Positions 11,133 through 22,774 of a DNA stretch of 64,000 bases are shown here, piece by piece. The first letter of the stretch is position 1, and every line of letters starts with the position of its first letter. Under the pieces are notes generated by a model. That model was given only the letters and a program-made list of their open reading frames with translations. It was not told where the DNA came from and ran no database searches. The stretch comes from Heterodontus francisci (Eukaryota): positions 51,089,095 through 51,153,094 of the forward strand of contig NC_090403.1 in NCBI RefSeq assembly GCF_036365525.1. The letters are read 5' to 3'. The position numbers and the translations under genes are program-made.

Positions 11133-11450
11133 TTAATTCATTCATGGGATGTGGGCGTCGCTGGCCAGGCCAGCATTTATTGCCCATCCCTAATTGCCCT
11201 TGAGAAGGTGGTGGTGAGCTGCCTTCTTGAACCACTGCAGTCCATGTGGGGTCGGTACACCCACAGTGCTGTTAGGAAGGGAGTTCCAGGATTTTGACCC
11301 AGTGACAGTGAAGGAACGGCGATATAGTTCCAAGTCAAGGTGGTGTGTGACTTGGAGGGGAACTTGCAGGTGGTGGTGTTCCTATGTATATGCTGCCCTT
11401 GTCCTTCTAGTTGGTAGAGGTCGCGGGTTTGGAAGGTGCTGTCGAAGGAG
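11133..11450 (-). mobile_element. 3' fragment of a CR1/L2-group LINE (same family as 59450-61230)
   Basis: Near-identical to 59455-59730 (GGATGTGGGCGTCGCTGG...CCAGGATTTTGACCCAGTGACAGTGAAGG). Confidence 0.75.
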
Positions 11451-11489
11451 TTACTCCCAGTGTCCTGGCCTAAATTTTTTTTTTGTTCG

Positions 11490-14265
11490 TTGACTTAGAT
11501 GAAGGGACCGAAGGTATGGTTGCTAAATTTGCTGATGACACAAAGATAGGTAGGAAAGTAACTTGTGAAGAGGACATAAGGAGGCTATAAAAGGGATACA
11601 GATAGGTTAAGTAAGTGGTCAAAGACCTGGCAAATGGAGCATAATGTGGGAAAGTGGGAAATTGTCCATTTTGGCAGGAAGAATACTCATATTCATATAT
11701 AAGGAGAAAGAGGGTAACTAGAGAAAGGATTGGCCCACTAAAGGACAAAGGAGGAATGTTATGCTTGGACTCAGAGAAAATGGGTGAGATTCTAAACGAG
11801 TACTTTGCATCGGTATTCACCGAGGAGAGGGACATGACGGATGTTGAGGTTAGGAACAGATGTTTGATTACTCTAGGTCAAGTCGGCATAAGGAGGGAGG
11901 AAGTGTTGGGTATTCTAAAGGGCATTAAGGTGGACAAGTCCCCAGGTCCGGATGGGATCTATCCCAGGTTACTGAGGGAAGCGAGAGAGGAAATAGCTGG
12001 GGCCTTAACAGATATCTTTGCAGCATCCTTAAACACGGGTGAGGTCCCGGAGGACTGGAGAATTGTTAATGTTGTCCCCTTGTTTAAGAAGGGTAGCAGG
12101 GATAATCCAGGTAATTATAGACCGGTGAGCCTGACGTCAGTGGTAGGGAAGCTGCTGGAGAAGATACTGAGGGATAGGATCTATTCCCATTTGGAAGAAA
12201 ATGGGCTCATCAGTGATAGGCAACATGGTTTTGTGCAGGGAAGGTCATGTCTTACCAACTTAATAGAATTCTTTGAGGAAGTGACAAAGTTGATTGATGA
12301 GGGAAGGGCTGTCGATGTCATATACATGGACTTCAGTAAGGCGTTTGATAAGGTTCCCCATGGCAGGCTGATGGAGAAAGTGAAGGCGCTTGGGGTCCAA
12401 GGTGTACTAGCTAGATGGATAAAGAACTGGCTGGGCAACAGGAGACAGAGAGTAGCAGTAGAAGGGAGTTTCTCAAAATGGAGACGTGTGACCAGTAGTG
12501 TTCCACAGGGATCCGTGCTGGGACCACTGTTGTTTGTGATATACATTAATGATTTGGAGGAAAGTATAGGTGGACTGATTAGCAAGTTTGCAGACGACAC
12601 TAAGATTGGTGGAGTAGCAGATAGTGAAGGGGACTGTCAGAGAATACAGCAGAATATAGATAGATTGGAGAGTTGGGCAGAGAAATGGCAGATGGAGTTC
12701 AATCAGGGCAAATGCGAGGTGATGCATTTTGGAAGATCCAATTCAAGAGTGAACTATACAGTAAATGGAAAAGTCCTGGGGAAAATTGATGTCCAGAGAG
12801 ATTTGGGTGTTCAGGTCCACTGTTCCCTGAAGGTGGCAGCGCAGGTAAATAGAGTGGTCAAGAAGGCATACGGCATGCTTTCCTTCATCGGACAGGGCAT
12901 TGAGTACAAGAGTTGGCAGGTCATGTTACAGTTGTATAGGACTTTGGTTCGGCCACATTTGGAATACTGCGTACAGTTCTGGTCGCCACATTATCAAAAG
13001 GATGTGGATGCTTTGGAGAGGGTGCAGAGGAGGTTCACCAGGATGTTGCCTGGTATGGAGGGCGCTAGCTATGAAGAGAGGTTGAGTAGATTAGGATTAT
13101 TTTCATTAGAAAGACGGAGGTTGAGGGGGGACCTGATTGAGGTGTACAAAATCATGAGAGGTATAGACAGGGTGGATAGCAAGAGGCTTTTTCCCAGAGT
13201 GGGGGTTTCAATTACTAGAGGACACGAGTTCAAAGTGAAAGGGGAAAAGTTTAGGGGGGATATGCGTGGAAAGTTCTTTACGCAGAGGGTGGTGGGCACC
13301 TGGAACGCATTGCCAGCGGAGGTGGTAGATGCGGGCACGATGGAGTCTTTTAAGATGTATCTAGACAGATACATGAATGGGCAGGAAGAAAAGAGATACA
13401 GAACCTTAGAAAATAGGCGACATGTTTAGAGAGAGGATCTGGATCGGCGCAGGCTTGGAGGGCCGAAGGGCCTGTTCCTGTGCTGTAATTATCTTTGTTC
13501 TTTGTAAAAGAAGCATATTATGTAAATGGTGAGAGATTGCAGAGCTCTGAGATGCAGAGGGATCTGGGCGTCCTAGTGCAAGAGTCACGAAAGGTTAGTA
13601 TGCAGGTACAGCACGTAATTAGGAAAGCTAATAGAATGTTATCATTTACCGCGAGGAGAATTGAATACAAAAGTAGGGAGGTTATGCTACAGCTGTACAG
13701 GGCATTGGTGAGACCACATCTGGAGTACTGTGTACAGTACTGGTCTCCTTATTTAAGCAAGGATGTAAAGGCGTTGGAGGCAGTACAGAGAAGGTTTACT
13801 AGACTAATACTTGGAATGGGCGGGCTGTCTTACGAGGAAAGATTGGACAGGCTAGGCTTGTATCCACTGGAATTTAGAAGAGTGACTGGTGACTTGATTG
13901 AAACATGTAAGATCCTGAGGGGTCTTGACAGGGTGGATGTGGAAAGGATGTTTCCCCTTGTGGGAGAATCTAGAACTAGGGGTCACTGTTTAAGAATAAG
14001 GGGTCACCCATTTAAGACAGAGATGAGGAGAAATTTTTTCTCTCATAGGGTCATGAGTCTTTGGAATTCTCTTCCTCAAAAGGTGGTGGAAGCAGTCTTT
14101 GAATATTTTTAAGGCAGAGGTAGATAGATTCTTGATAAGCAAGGGGATGGAAGGTTATCGGGTGTAAGTGGAAATGTGGAGTAATAAGTTCAGCCATGAA
14201 CTTATTGAATGGCGGAGCAGGCTCGAAGGGCCGAGTGGCCTACTCCTGCTCCTAATTAGTATGTA
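11490..14265 (+). mobile_element. Older CR1 LINE split into 11490-11685 and 13506-14265 by a younger CR1
   Basis: Left part ([13 protein letters not shown]...TTGGCAGGAAGAATA) joins the right part (AAAAGAAGCATATTA...; ORF 13495-14112 LVRPHLEYCVQYWSP). The uninterrupted junction is seen in the copy at 51103-51750. Confidence 0.88.
11686..13505 (+). mobile_element. Young CR1 LINE, 5'-truncated, with uninterrupted reverse transcriptase ORF (~580 aa)
   Basis: ORF 11654-13429 has [43 protein letters not shown] and KFADDTK with no stops; (TCTTTGT)n tail. Confidence 0.95.
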
Positions 14266-15062
14266 CATATATTTGTATGGGATGCGGCCATCGCTGGCTA
14301 GGGAGCATTTGTTACCCATCCTTAATTGCCCTTGAAATTCCATCCAGACCAAGAAAAAAGTACAACTAACTAACATTTCTATTGCCTCAGGTAAGGAAAT
14401 CAGCCACACCTATCTGGTCTGGCCTACATACACTATGGGATTGAGTCTTAATGACCCACGCAACTAGGGATGGGCAATAAATGCTTATTTTCCAGTGTCA
14501 CCCACATCCCAAAACCAAAACTAATTCTCCCAACGAGAGTCCCAAAGTAGCATGAATACTCTTACAGACCTGACTTCCGTGAAACCCCTGGCTGGCAGAT
14601 AACCAAATGTTTGGATAATGGGGTGGTTTCTCAGTACTTGTATTGCTAACGTGTTTTGAGAAACACTGGTAACATAGTAAAAGAGCTCTGAATGTATTGA
14701 TGCAATTATGTAATTGTACCCTCTATCAAACGTCACACCAATTCTTATTATTCATACTTTATGTTAAAACTTAAGAAAAACATGCAGACTGTCCCTGGAG
14801 TTGAGGAAGCACCAAGTTTCCCAGCAGACTTTTAAAACTCAGAGCTGGAGCAATGCAACTCTAGCCCTTCCTCACTCAACAGCCTCCATGACCCTGTCCC
14901 CTTGCATAAGGACAACAATTCTGATAACTCACAACTGCGTAGTGTCATTGTGTACCTGCAACAGTGTAAACTAATTCAACTAAAAGGAGAAGCATAAAAA
15001 CATTGTGCAAACGGAATTTAACATGACCAAATTAGTTATTTACACCCTGTTTGTTCTACTCT

Positions 15063-15715
15063 GAGTGTCCTCAGTACCTTGCTCTACGGCAGTGAGGCCT
15101 GGACAACGTATGTCAGCCAAGAGCGACGTCTCAATTCATTCCATCCTCGCTGCCTCCGGAGAATACTTGGCATCAGGTGGCAGGACCGTATCTCCAACAC
15201 AGTAGTCTTCGAGGCGGCCAACATCCCCAGCATATACACCTTACTGAGTCAGCGGCGCCTGAGAAGGCTTGGCCATGTGAGCCGCATGGAAGATGGCAGG
15301 ATCCCCAAGGACACATTGTTCAGCGAGCTCGTCACTGGTACCAGACCCACCGGCCGTCCATGTCTCCGCTTTAAAGACGTCTGCAAACGCGACATGAAGT
15401 CCTGTGACATTGATCACAAGTCGTGGGAGTCAGTTGCCAGCGTTCGCCAGAGCTAGCGGGCAGCCATAAAGGCGGGGCTAAAGTGTGGCGATTCGAAGAG
15501 ACTTAGCAGTTGGCAGGAAAAAAGGCAGAAGCGCAAGGAGAGAGCCAACTGTGTAACAGCCCCGACAACCAATTTTATCTGCAGCGCCTGTGGAAGAGTC
15601 TGTCACTCTAGAATTGGCCTTTATAGCCACTCCAGGTGCTGCTTCACAAACCACTGACCACCACCAGGCGCTTACCCATTGTCTCTCGAGACAAGGAGGC
15701 CAAAGGGAAAGAGAG
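15063..15715 (+). mobile_element. RTE-clade (BovB-like) LINE 3' fragment
   Basis: LYGSEAWT..FHPRCLRRILGIRWQDRISN..RRLRRLGHVSRMEDGRIPK..GRPCLRFKDVCKRDMK, then the C-terminal Zn-finger FICSACGRVCHSRIGLYSH. Confidence 0.9.
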
Positions 15716-15724
15716 TTCTACTCT

Positions 15725-16010
15725 GATTAGAGATCCACTTGCTATTGGAAACCCCTCATGATTTTGAACACCCTCAATCAAATCCTTCCTCAACCTTTTC
15801 TGCTCAAGGGACAGCAATCCCAACTTCTCTAGACCCACCACATAACTGAAGTCACTCATCCCTGGTATCATTCTGCTAAATCTCCTTTACACCTTTTCCA
15901 AGCCCTTGATATTCTTCCTAAAGTGTTGTGCCCAGAATTGGACACAATATCCACCTGGGGCCTAGACATTGATATATAATGCTTTAGCATAATGTCCTTG
16001 CTTTCGTACT
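15725..16010 (-). mobile_element. CR1 fragment
   Basis: Minus peptides IPGMSDFSY..LEKLGLLSLEQKRLRKDLIE and EYESKDIMLKHY. Confidence 0.75.
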
Positions 16011-16574
16011 CTATGAGAAGGATTTTTAGCCCCCAAAGGGGCAGGCACAGAGGTGGGCAGGTATGAAAATTTGAGCCACCAGGCGCCATGTTGGTTCCCC
16101 AGCTCCATCCCACCCCAAGCCATTTTCCTGGAGAGGGGCTTTAGGGAGAGAGGGATGTAACTGGGCTACTAGCCCTTAACTAGTTAAGGTCCTATTAAGG
16201 CCTATTGTCAGAGGCCAATTCTGCAATTTTTGCAATCTGCAGGTCCCCAGAATTGTCAGAGAACAGTGTCGCTTCCTGGAGACAGCCTCCAGCACTCCAG
16301 GCAGCAGACAAGGGGGGCCAGCATTCCAGGCAGGCTTAGAGGCCTTCCCCACCTGCCTGGCTTCAGCTATAGCCGCAGGCCGACCTGTAGAGGGATTCTA
16401 CCCCTCCTCACCCCCACATGGTGGCCCAGCTGCTGAGTCCATTTTTTATGTTCAATTTTAAATGTTGGAGAGAGGCTGCCTACATCTTGGGGCGTCCTCT
16501 CTCTCCCTTACCTGTAAAGGCATCCGGCTGTGTCTGTTTCCCAGCTGGAAAGCCCGCCCGCTGTCCTTATTTGA

Positions 16575-18721
16575 ACAACGACCCAATTGGATCAAACTGC
16601 TCTGCACAAACATCAGTAACGCAGTCTCAATCAATGGGTGGGAATCAGAAAGTTTCCCGATCCAATCTGGAGTCAGACAGGGCTGCCCTCTCTCCCCTGT
16701 CTTGTTTGTTTGCTGTATGTAACTTTTTGCTGAGTCTATTAGGAAGGATGCGGCCATAAGAGGGGTGACAATCCCAGGCAGTGGAGGCACTCAGGTAAAA
16801 GCCTCCCTGTACATGGACGATGTCGCCGTCTTCTGTTCAGACCTGCTGTAAGTTTGCAGACTGATGAGCATCTGCGACCAGTTCGAACTGGCCTTGGGAG
16901 CCAAAGTTAACCACGGCAAGAGTGAGGCCATGTTCTTTGGGAACTGGGCTGACCGATCCTTTGTCCCCTTCACTGTCAGGTCAGACTACCTGAAGGTGCT
17001 GGGGATATGGTTTGGAAGGGTGGGGGCATGTACCAAAACCTGGAAGGAGCGAGTAGCCAGGGTACACCATAAACTGAGCATGTGGGAGCAGCGATCTCTC
17101 TCCATTGTGGATAAGAACATGGTCATCAGGTGCGAGGTGCTCACGTTGTTGTTGTATGTGGCGCAGGTCTGGCCCATACCCCACTCCTGCGCCGTGGTGG
17201 TCACCCGAACCATTTTCCGCTATATCTGGGGATCTAAAATGGACCGGGTCCGGAGGGACACGATGTTCAAACCTCTGGATAAGAGCGGGAAAAATGTACC
17301 CAACATCGCCCTCATCTTGATGACCACTTTCGTGTGCAGCTGCATCAAGCTGTGCGTACAGCCCCAGTACACAAACAGCAAGTCTCACTATGTGCTAAGG
17401 TTTTATCTGTCCCCGGTGTTGCGAAGGATGGGCCTGGTCACATTGCCGCGAAACGCTCCATCTAGTTGGACCATGCCGTACCACCTAATCTTCATGGGAA
17501 AGTTCTGCGCAAAAACACCTTTGACCATCAATCCATCAGGCAGTGGTCTGCACAGAATGTCCTCAAGGCCCTACGGGAAAGGAGATGGTGGATCCGGTCT
17601 GACGATTCCCCAAGCACGGTGGCGCAGTGGTTAGCACTGCAGCCTCACAGCTCCAGCGACACGGGTTCAATTCTGGGTACTGCCTGTGTGGAGTTTGCAA
17701 GTTCTCCCTGTGTCTGCGTGGGTTTTCTCCGGGTGCTCCAGTTTCCTCCCACAAGCCAAAAGACTTGCAGGTTGGTAGGTAAATTGGCCATTATAAATTG
17801 CCACTAGTATAGGTAGGTGGTAGGAAAATATAAGGACAGGTGGGGATGTGGTAGGAATATGGGATTAGTGTAGGATTAGTATAAATGGGTGGTTGATAGT
17901 CGGCACAGACTCAGTGGGCCGAAGGGCCTGTTTCAGTGCTGTATCTCTAAACTAAACAGACTGCCAAGGTCATTTGGCAGAATGCCTCATCACCAAAACT
18001 TTCAATCAAGACGTAGCTTGGCTGGTGGTGAGAAAGGCCCTCCCAGTCAGATACTTACTGCACGTCTGGAGTCTCGCCCCCTCCACACAATGTCCTTGAG
18101 GTGGCTGTGATGGGAAAGAGACGGTTGCCCATCTCCTACTGGAATGTGTCTTTGCAAAGCAGGTGTGGAAAGAGATGCAGCGGTTTTTGTTGAGGTACAA
18201 GCAGCTCTGTAACACAGGAGTCTGTGCTCTACGTACTGTTCCCAGGGACGCACACCGAGATAAACATCAACTGCTGCTGGAGGACCATCAATTCAGTGAA
18301 AGACACTCTTTGTTCTGCTCAAAACTTGCTAGTCTTTCAGTGTTGTCCACAACCAAGTGTTGCAGACTGGCACATTCCAAGGTCCAGGACTATGTGCTGA
18401 GGGATGCACTAAAGCTTGGGGAAGCTGCAGCAATGGCTCAATGGGGAAAGACCACAGTGTAAGGTCCTCCCACCAGGGTGAACTGAGGGGTGGATCCATG
18501 GAAAACCCCTCGGGCTGTATCCAGAAAATAAGGGTTTGCTGTAAAATGTACATGGCATGTGAAATGGAATGGAAAGGTTGTGAGGCAACTCACTCCTGTA
18601 TTGAAGAAAACTGATTTCCTTTGCACTTTTTGGAATGTCAACTTGGTGCTGTTTTAAACTGTTTTGTAATGCATTTTTTTACAGAATTTTATGATTAAAG
18701 TATATTTTGGGGAAAAAAAAA
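16575..18721 (+). mobile_element. Tx1/L1-clade LINE, 5'-truncated, with poly(A) tail
   Basis: SGVRQGCPLSPVLF, KASLYMDDVAVF, YLKVLGIWFG and ETVAHLLLECVFAKQVW; ends ATTAAAGTATATTTTGGGG(A)9; several stops and frameshifts. Confidence 0.9.
17613..17957 (+). mobile_element. V-SINE (HE1-like; tRNA head, V-domain, CR1-derived tail) inserted in the Tx1 element
   Basis: A box TGGCGCAGTGG and B box GGTTCAATTC; V-domain TGTGTGGAGTTTGCAAGTTCTCCC..GGTGCTCCAGTTTCCTCCCAC; tail GGGCCGAAGGGCCTGTTTC shared with CR1 3' ends in this window. Confidence 0.88.
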
Positions 18722-20194
18722 GAACAACGACCCAGCCCTCTGGTCACTAATTGGCCAATTTGGGGAAAACTACAGATAAGCGACTGTTCCCCACACAGGG
18801 CTGGTATTTGTTGAGCTCCCAGTGTCGGGCTCTGTTGTGGGGGGGGGGGTTGCGGGGGCTGGTGGGGGGGGGTTGCCAGAAGATTGCAGCGGCAGCAGCC
18901 AGCCATGGAGCCCGACACCGGGAATGCCGGGCCCGATCTTTGATCTTCCCAGTGACGGGGAGGCTCTGTGGCAGGACCCAGATTTCAATATTAAAATCAC
19001 CTAATTAAATACATTTAAATGAAGGCCGGAGCAAGCTTACTGGAAGTTCCAGATCTTCCAAGCCATGTGCAGCACTCCTGCCGCCGAGGTGGGGAAGGGG
19101 GGTGTGGGGGGAGCTCTGCATTTGTCGTTAAGTGGGTTGGGGGGAAGGGCTCAACTCTGCACCTAATGCAGTTGGGATGGAAAGGGGGTAATCAGGGCTT
19201 TTCTGGTGCAGTTGAGGGGGTGGGGTGGGTTAAACTTTATTTTTTGTTGTAGTTGTGTGTGTGGGGGGGGAGTCAACTTTCATCTGTCAACAGGGGCCTG
19301 GCAGCCCTTTAAAAATGGCGCCAGCAACTGCGCAGAAACAGGCGCTGCCCTGGCCACGTGATTGGAGGGGGAGGGGGAGGTCGGCCGCCCTGCATATTAA
19401 AATGAGTTGCCGCACGCTAGATCGCGGTGGCATGGCGGCACGCGGCCTTTCACCTGCTGCAGCTCCCAGCGATAGGAAAATAACATCCAACCCACAAGGT
19501 GGGCTTCTGACCTATTGAGCCTGATGATAGGGTCCGGAAGCCCAAAGCGAAAATCCTGCCCTATGTCTCTGTTCTTCAACCCCCTTTAAAATGATACCAT
19601 TTAGTCCTGTAACGTTTAGTGATTTATGTATGGGAAGTATACTATTGAATTGTATTCACTGTGGTTTTGTAGGCAAATGCAACAGCCAATTTACCCAGAG
19701 CAAGGTCCGACAGATAGCAATAAGATAAATAACCAACTAATTTGTCTTTGACTGGATGAAATTCAGTTAGAATAGGCAAATTCCCCAGCTTTTCTTAGAA
19801 TAGTGTCATGAAATATTTAATCTTAACCTTTCATCTGAGAGACAGCACCACCACAATGGATACCTCGGCACTGGTATCAGCCTAGATAATGTACTTAGAT
19901 TCGCTAGTGGGGATTGAACCCAAACTAACTGACTCAAAGTCAGGAGTGTTGCTACTGAACCATAAGCGATTGGATAAAGGAGCAGAGGGTTGCCAGCACC
20001 TTTGGAACTTCATGTTGAGTTCTGTTACCGACATGACCAAACAGGGGGAAAAAAAGAATAACCTGTCATGATACTGACATGACATGCAAGTGGCATGCTT
20101 AATTTATTTGCATCATTGTGTTTGTTCAGAAAATGGAACAAAGTTTCCCAACTGTCTTAAACTAGCGGCCCTCCAGATCAGATTTCATATTACA

Positions 20195-21150
20195 CAGAAT
20201 TACACAGAGTTTACAGCACAGAAACAAGCCATTCGCCCAACAGGTCTACGCAAGTGTTTTTGCTGCATAGAAGCTTCTTCCTAGTGTACTTCATCTCCTT
20301 TTATATCCTTCTATTCCTTTTTCCCTCGTGTACTTATCTAGATTCTCCATAAAGGCATCTATGCTCATTTCCTCAACCACTCTTCATGTGGTAGCAGGTT
20401 CCACATTCTAACCACTCTTTGGTTAAAGATGTTTCTCCTGAATTCCTCATTGGATTTATTAGCTTTTGACTCACCCACAAATCTTCTCTACATCTACTCT
20501 ATCAAACTCCTTCATAATTTAAGACCTGTATTAGGTTACTCCTCAGCGTTCTCTTTTCTAGAGACAAGAGTCCCAGCTTATTCAGTCTTTCCTGACAGTT
20601 ATAACCTCTCAATCCTGGTATCATACTTGTAAATCTTTTTTGCACCTTCCACAGTGCCTCTGTATTATTTTTATAATAAGAGGATCAGCAGTACTTCAAG
20701 ATTGGTCTAACCAAGATTCTAAACAATTTAACACAACCTTTGCTTTTCAGTTCTCTTCCTCTAGAAATCAACCTCAGTGTGTTGTTTGCAATTTTATGCC
20801 CATGTTAACCTGCATTGCTACTTTTAATGATTTATGAATCTGCATCCCTGGATTCCTTGGCTCCTCTTTACCATTTAGACACTTACTTTACAAGGAGTCA
20901 CCTCCTACCAAAATGCACCATCTCACACTTGTGTATATTTGAAATTCATTTGCCATTTTCACACCCATTTTGCCAGTTGATTGATGGCTTGTATTTTGTT
21001 GCAGTCTACCTCAGTATTGACTATAAAACCTTCCAATATGACATCATCTGCAAATTTTGAAATTGCATTTCTGAATCCCAGGGCCAAGTCCCTTATGTAA
21101 GTGGTGAACTACAGTGATCCCAGCACTGATGGTTGTGAAACATTGTTTCA
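20195..21150 (-). mobile_element. Old decayed CR1 LINE
   Basis: Reverse-complement CR1 motifs (CATCATCTGCAAATTT = KFADD; TTCCACATTCTAACCACTCT). Confidence 0.7.
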
Positions 21151-22349
21151 TATGAAGTGTTATTCTATGTATACATTGGCTTTTGAGGCATTGGATTTTG
21201 AGGTCAGCAGCAGACAAATGGTGCTGGCTGTTCATTACACTTAAACTTGACCATAGCCTTTCTATGGGCTTTTGCACTGGAACTTGTGGTGAATAGAAAT
21301 TGAAAACAGAACCACACTCTCCACAGGGGATCTGGGACCTGTATGAACAATTAACAGATCAGATTGCAGACTCCTTATTGGGACATGTAGAGTTTGTGTC
21401 AGTTAGACTATTTAATTCAATGTCAAATCATGTATAGAAAGCATAATAGAGACAGGGAAATAAAGGTGGGATTAGGCGAGAGATGAAAGACAGAGAAAGA
21501 AAACATTCAAAAAAACAATATTTTTAATGTTTTTAAAATCTCAAACAATAATTAAAATTTTCAGGAATGAGACTCCACACTTGTAAATGTTAAATTTCAG
21601 TGCCAGAGAAGTTGTTTGCCTGTAATTAAGACTTAGCACGCCATTAAAAATTCACTTACACTTGAATGGACAACCCTAACTTTTGTTCTGGCGTGTTTAG
21701 TGGGTACGCACCCCAACTTCACACTGTTGCATGTGTTTCAATGGCATGAGCTACCGGTATAGCCAAGCTTCTGGAAGCCAGACAATGATTTGCTGATTTG
21801 GGTGTGTAACTGAGCATGTGCAGTCACTAGAAATTTCTGTCTGATTTACTTTGTAATAACAGTGAGCGCTGTTAGCTCCTTTTCTCTACAGCAAATTCTG
21901 AGCAAATCTATTCTTCTGCTAAGATGGCCTGTGTCCCTTTTTAAGGCTGCCTTGAGTTGTTGTTTGGTGAGTGAACTTGGCAGATTATTATGTGCTTGTC
22001 TGTTTCAAGGTGTGATTACATAGGTTATAGAGCAGGCCATTTGGTCCAATCAGTCCAGGCCAGCATTTATGGTCTACCCAAGCCTCCTCCTCTCGTTCCT
22101 TATCTAACTCTATCAGCATAACCCTCAATTCCATTCTCCCTCTGATGCTTATCTAGCCACCCCTTAAATGCATCAACACTATTCGCTTTAAACACTGCAT
22201 GTGGTAGCAAGTTCCAAATTCTCATCACTCTCTGGAAAAAGAAGTTTCTTCTGAATTGACTAGGTGAATTCTTGGTGACTGACTATCTGGTCTGATGACT
22301 ACCAGGTCTGGGTAGGCCACCAAAACGAATTAGCTGCTGGCAAAATCTC

Positions 22350-22386
22350 AGTTCTGAGGAAAGGTCACAGACCTGAAACGTTAACT
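22350..22386 (+). ncRNA. Minimal type I hammerhead ribozyme (intact core) in a Penelope-derived element (22350-22470)
   Basis: AGTT-CTGAGGA-A-AGGTC-ACA-GACCT-GAAAC-GTT-AACT; all core nucleotides and stems preserved. Confidence 0.78.
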
Positions 22387-22589
22387 GTTTACCTCTCCAT
22401 AGGTGCTGCCAGACCTGCAGAGTATTTTGTTTTTATTTCAGATTCCCAGCATCCGCAATATTTTGCTTTTAAAATCTCTCCATACTTGTTTTTAATGGCA
22501 ATAACCATCTCTATTGCGTTAAAGGCGCTATATCAATCAAAGTTGTTGTTGTAACCCTGCTTGATAAGATCCTGCAACTTTCTGCCATT

Positions 22590-22761
22590 AATACTTCCGC
22601 ATTCCTCGTGGTTCCTTGTCACGTGACACAGGCGCAGTTGTGCCTCCGGCCTCACGTGGTGTGCTTGACTACGTGGTGTGCTTGACTACGTCATGGCGCA
22701 TTGCGTGCGCTGCCGATATCTCCCATGATTCAATAAGCTCGGTCTCTTTCCCTGAACCACA
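22590..22761 (+). promoter_or_regulatory. RPL23 promoter with 5' TOP/TCT initiator
   Basis: CpG-rich. ETS/GABP-like ACTTCCG (22593-22599), palindromic E-box TGTCACGTGACA (22617-22628), CACGTG (22653-22658), and pyrimidine tract CTCTTTCCCT (22744-22753) just before the ATG. YY1-like CAACATGGCAGC on - strand at ~22954-22965. Confidence 0.8.
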
Positions 22762-22774
22762 ATGTCTAAGAGAG
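22762..22774 (+). CDS. RPL23: 60S ribosomal protein L23 (uL14), exon 1
   Basis: ATG TCT AAG AGA G | GTGAGC = MSKR(G). Confidence 0.95.

Noticed and set aside
12181-13374. Antisense ORFs over the CR1 RT (also 3758-4719 and 51106-51291)
   Set aside because: Common shadow frames of CR1 ORF2 with no independent evidence.
11654-13429. 591-aa ORF as a host or domesticated gene
   Set aside because: It is a 5'-truncated CR1 ORF2. The first ~11 codons come from the host CR1 (GTG start), there is no endonuclease domain, and it ends in a CR1 tail.
17613-17690. tRNA gene
   Set aside because: The A/B boxes belong to a SINE head that continues into a V-domain and CR1 tail; there is no complete cloverleaf or terminator.
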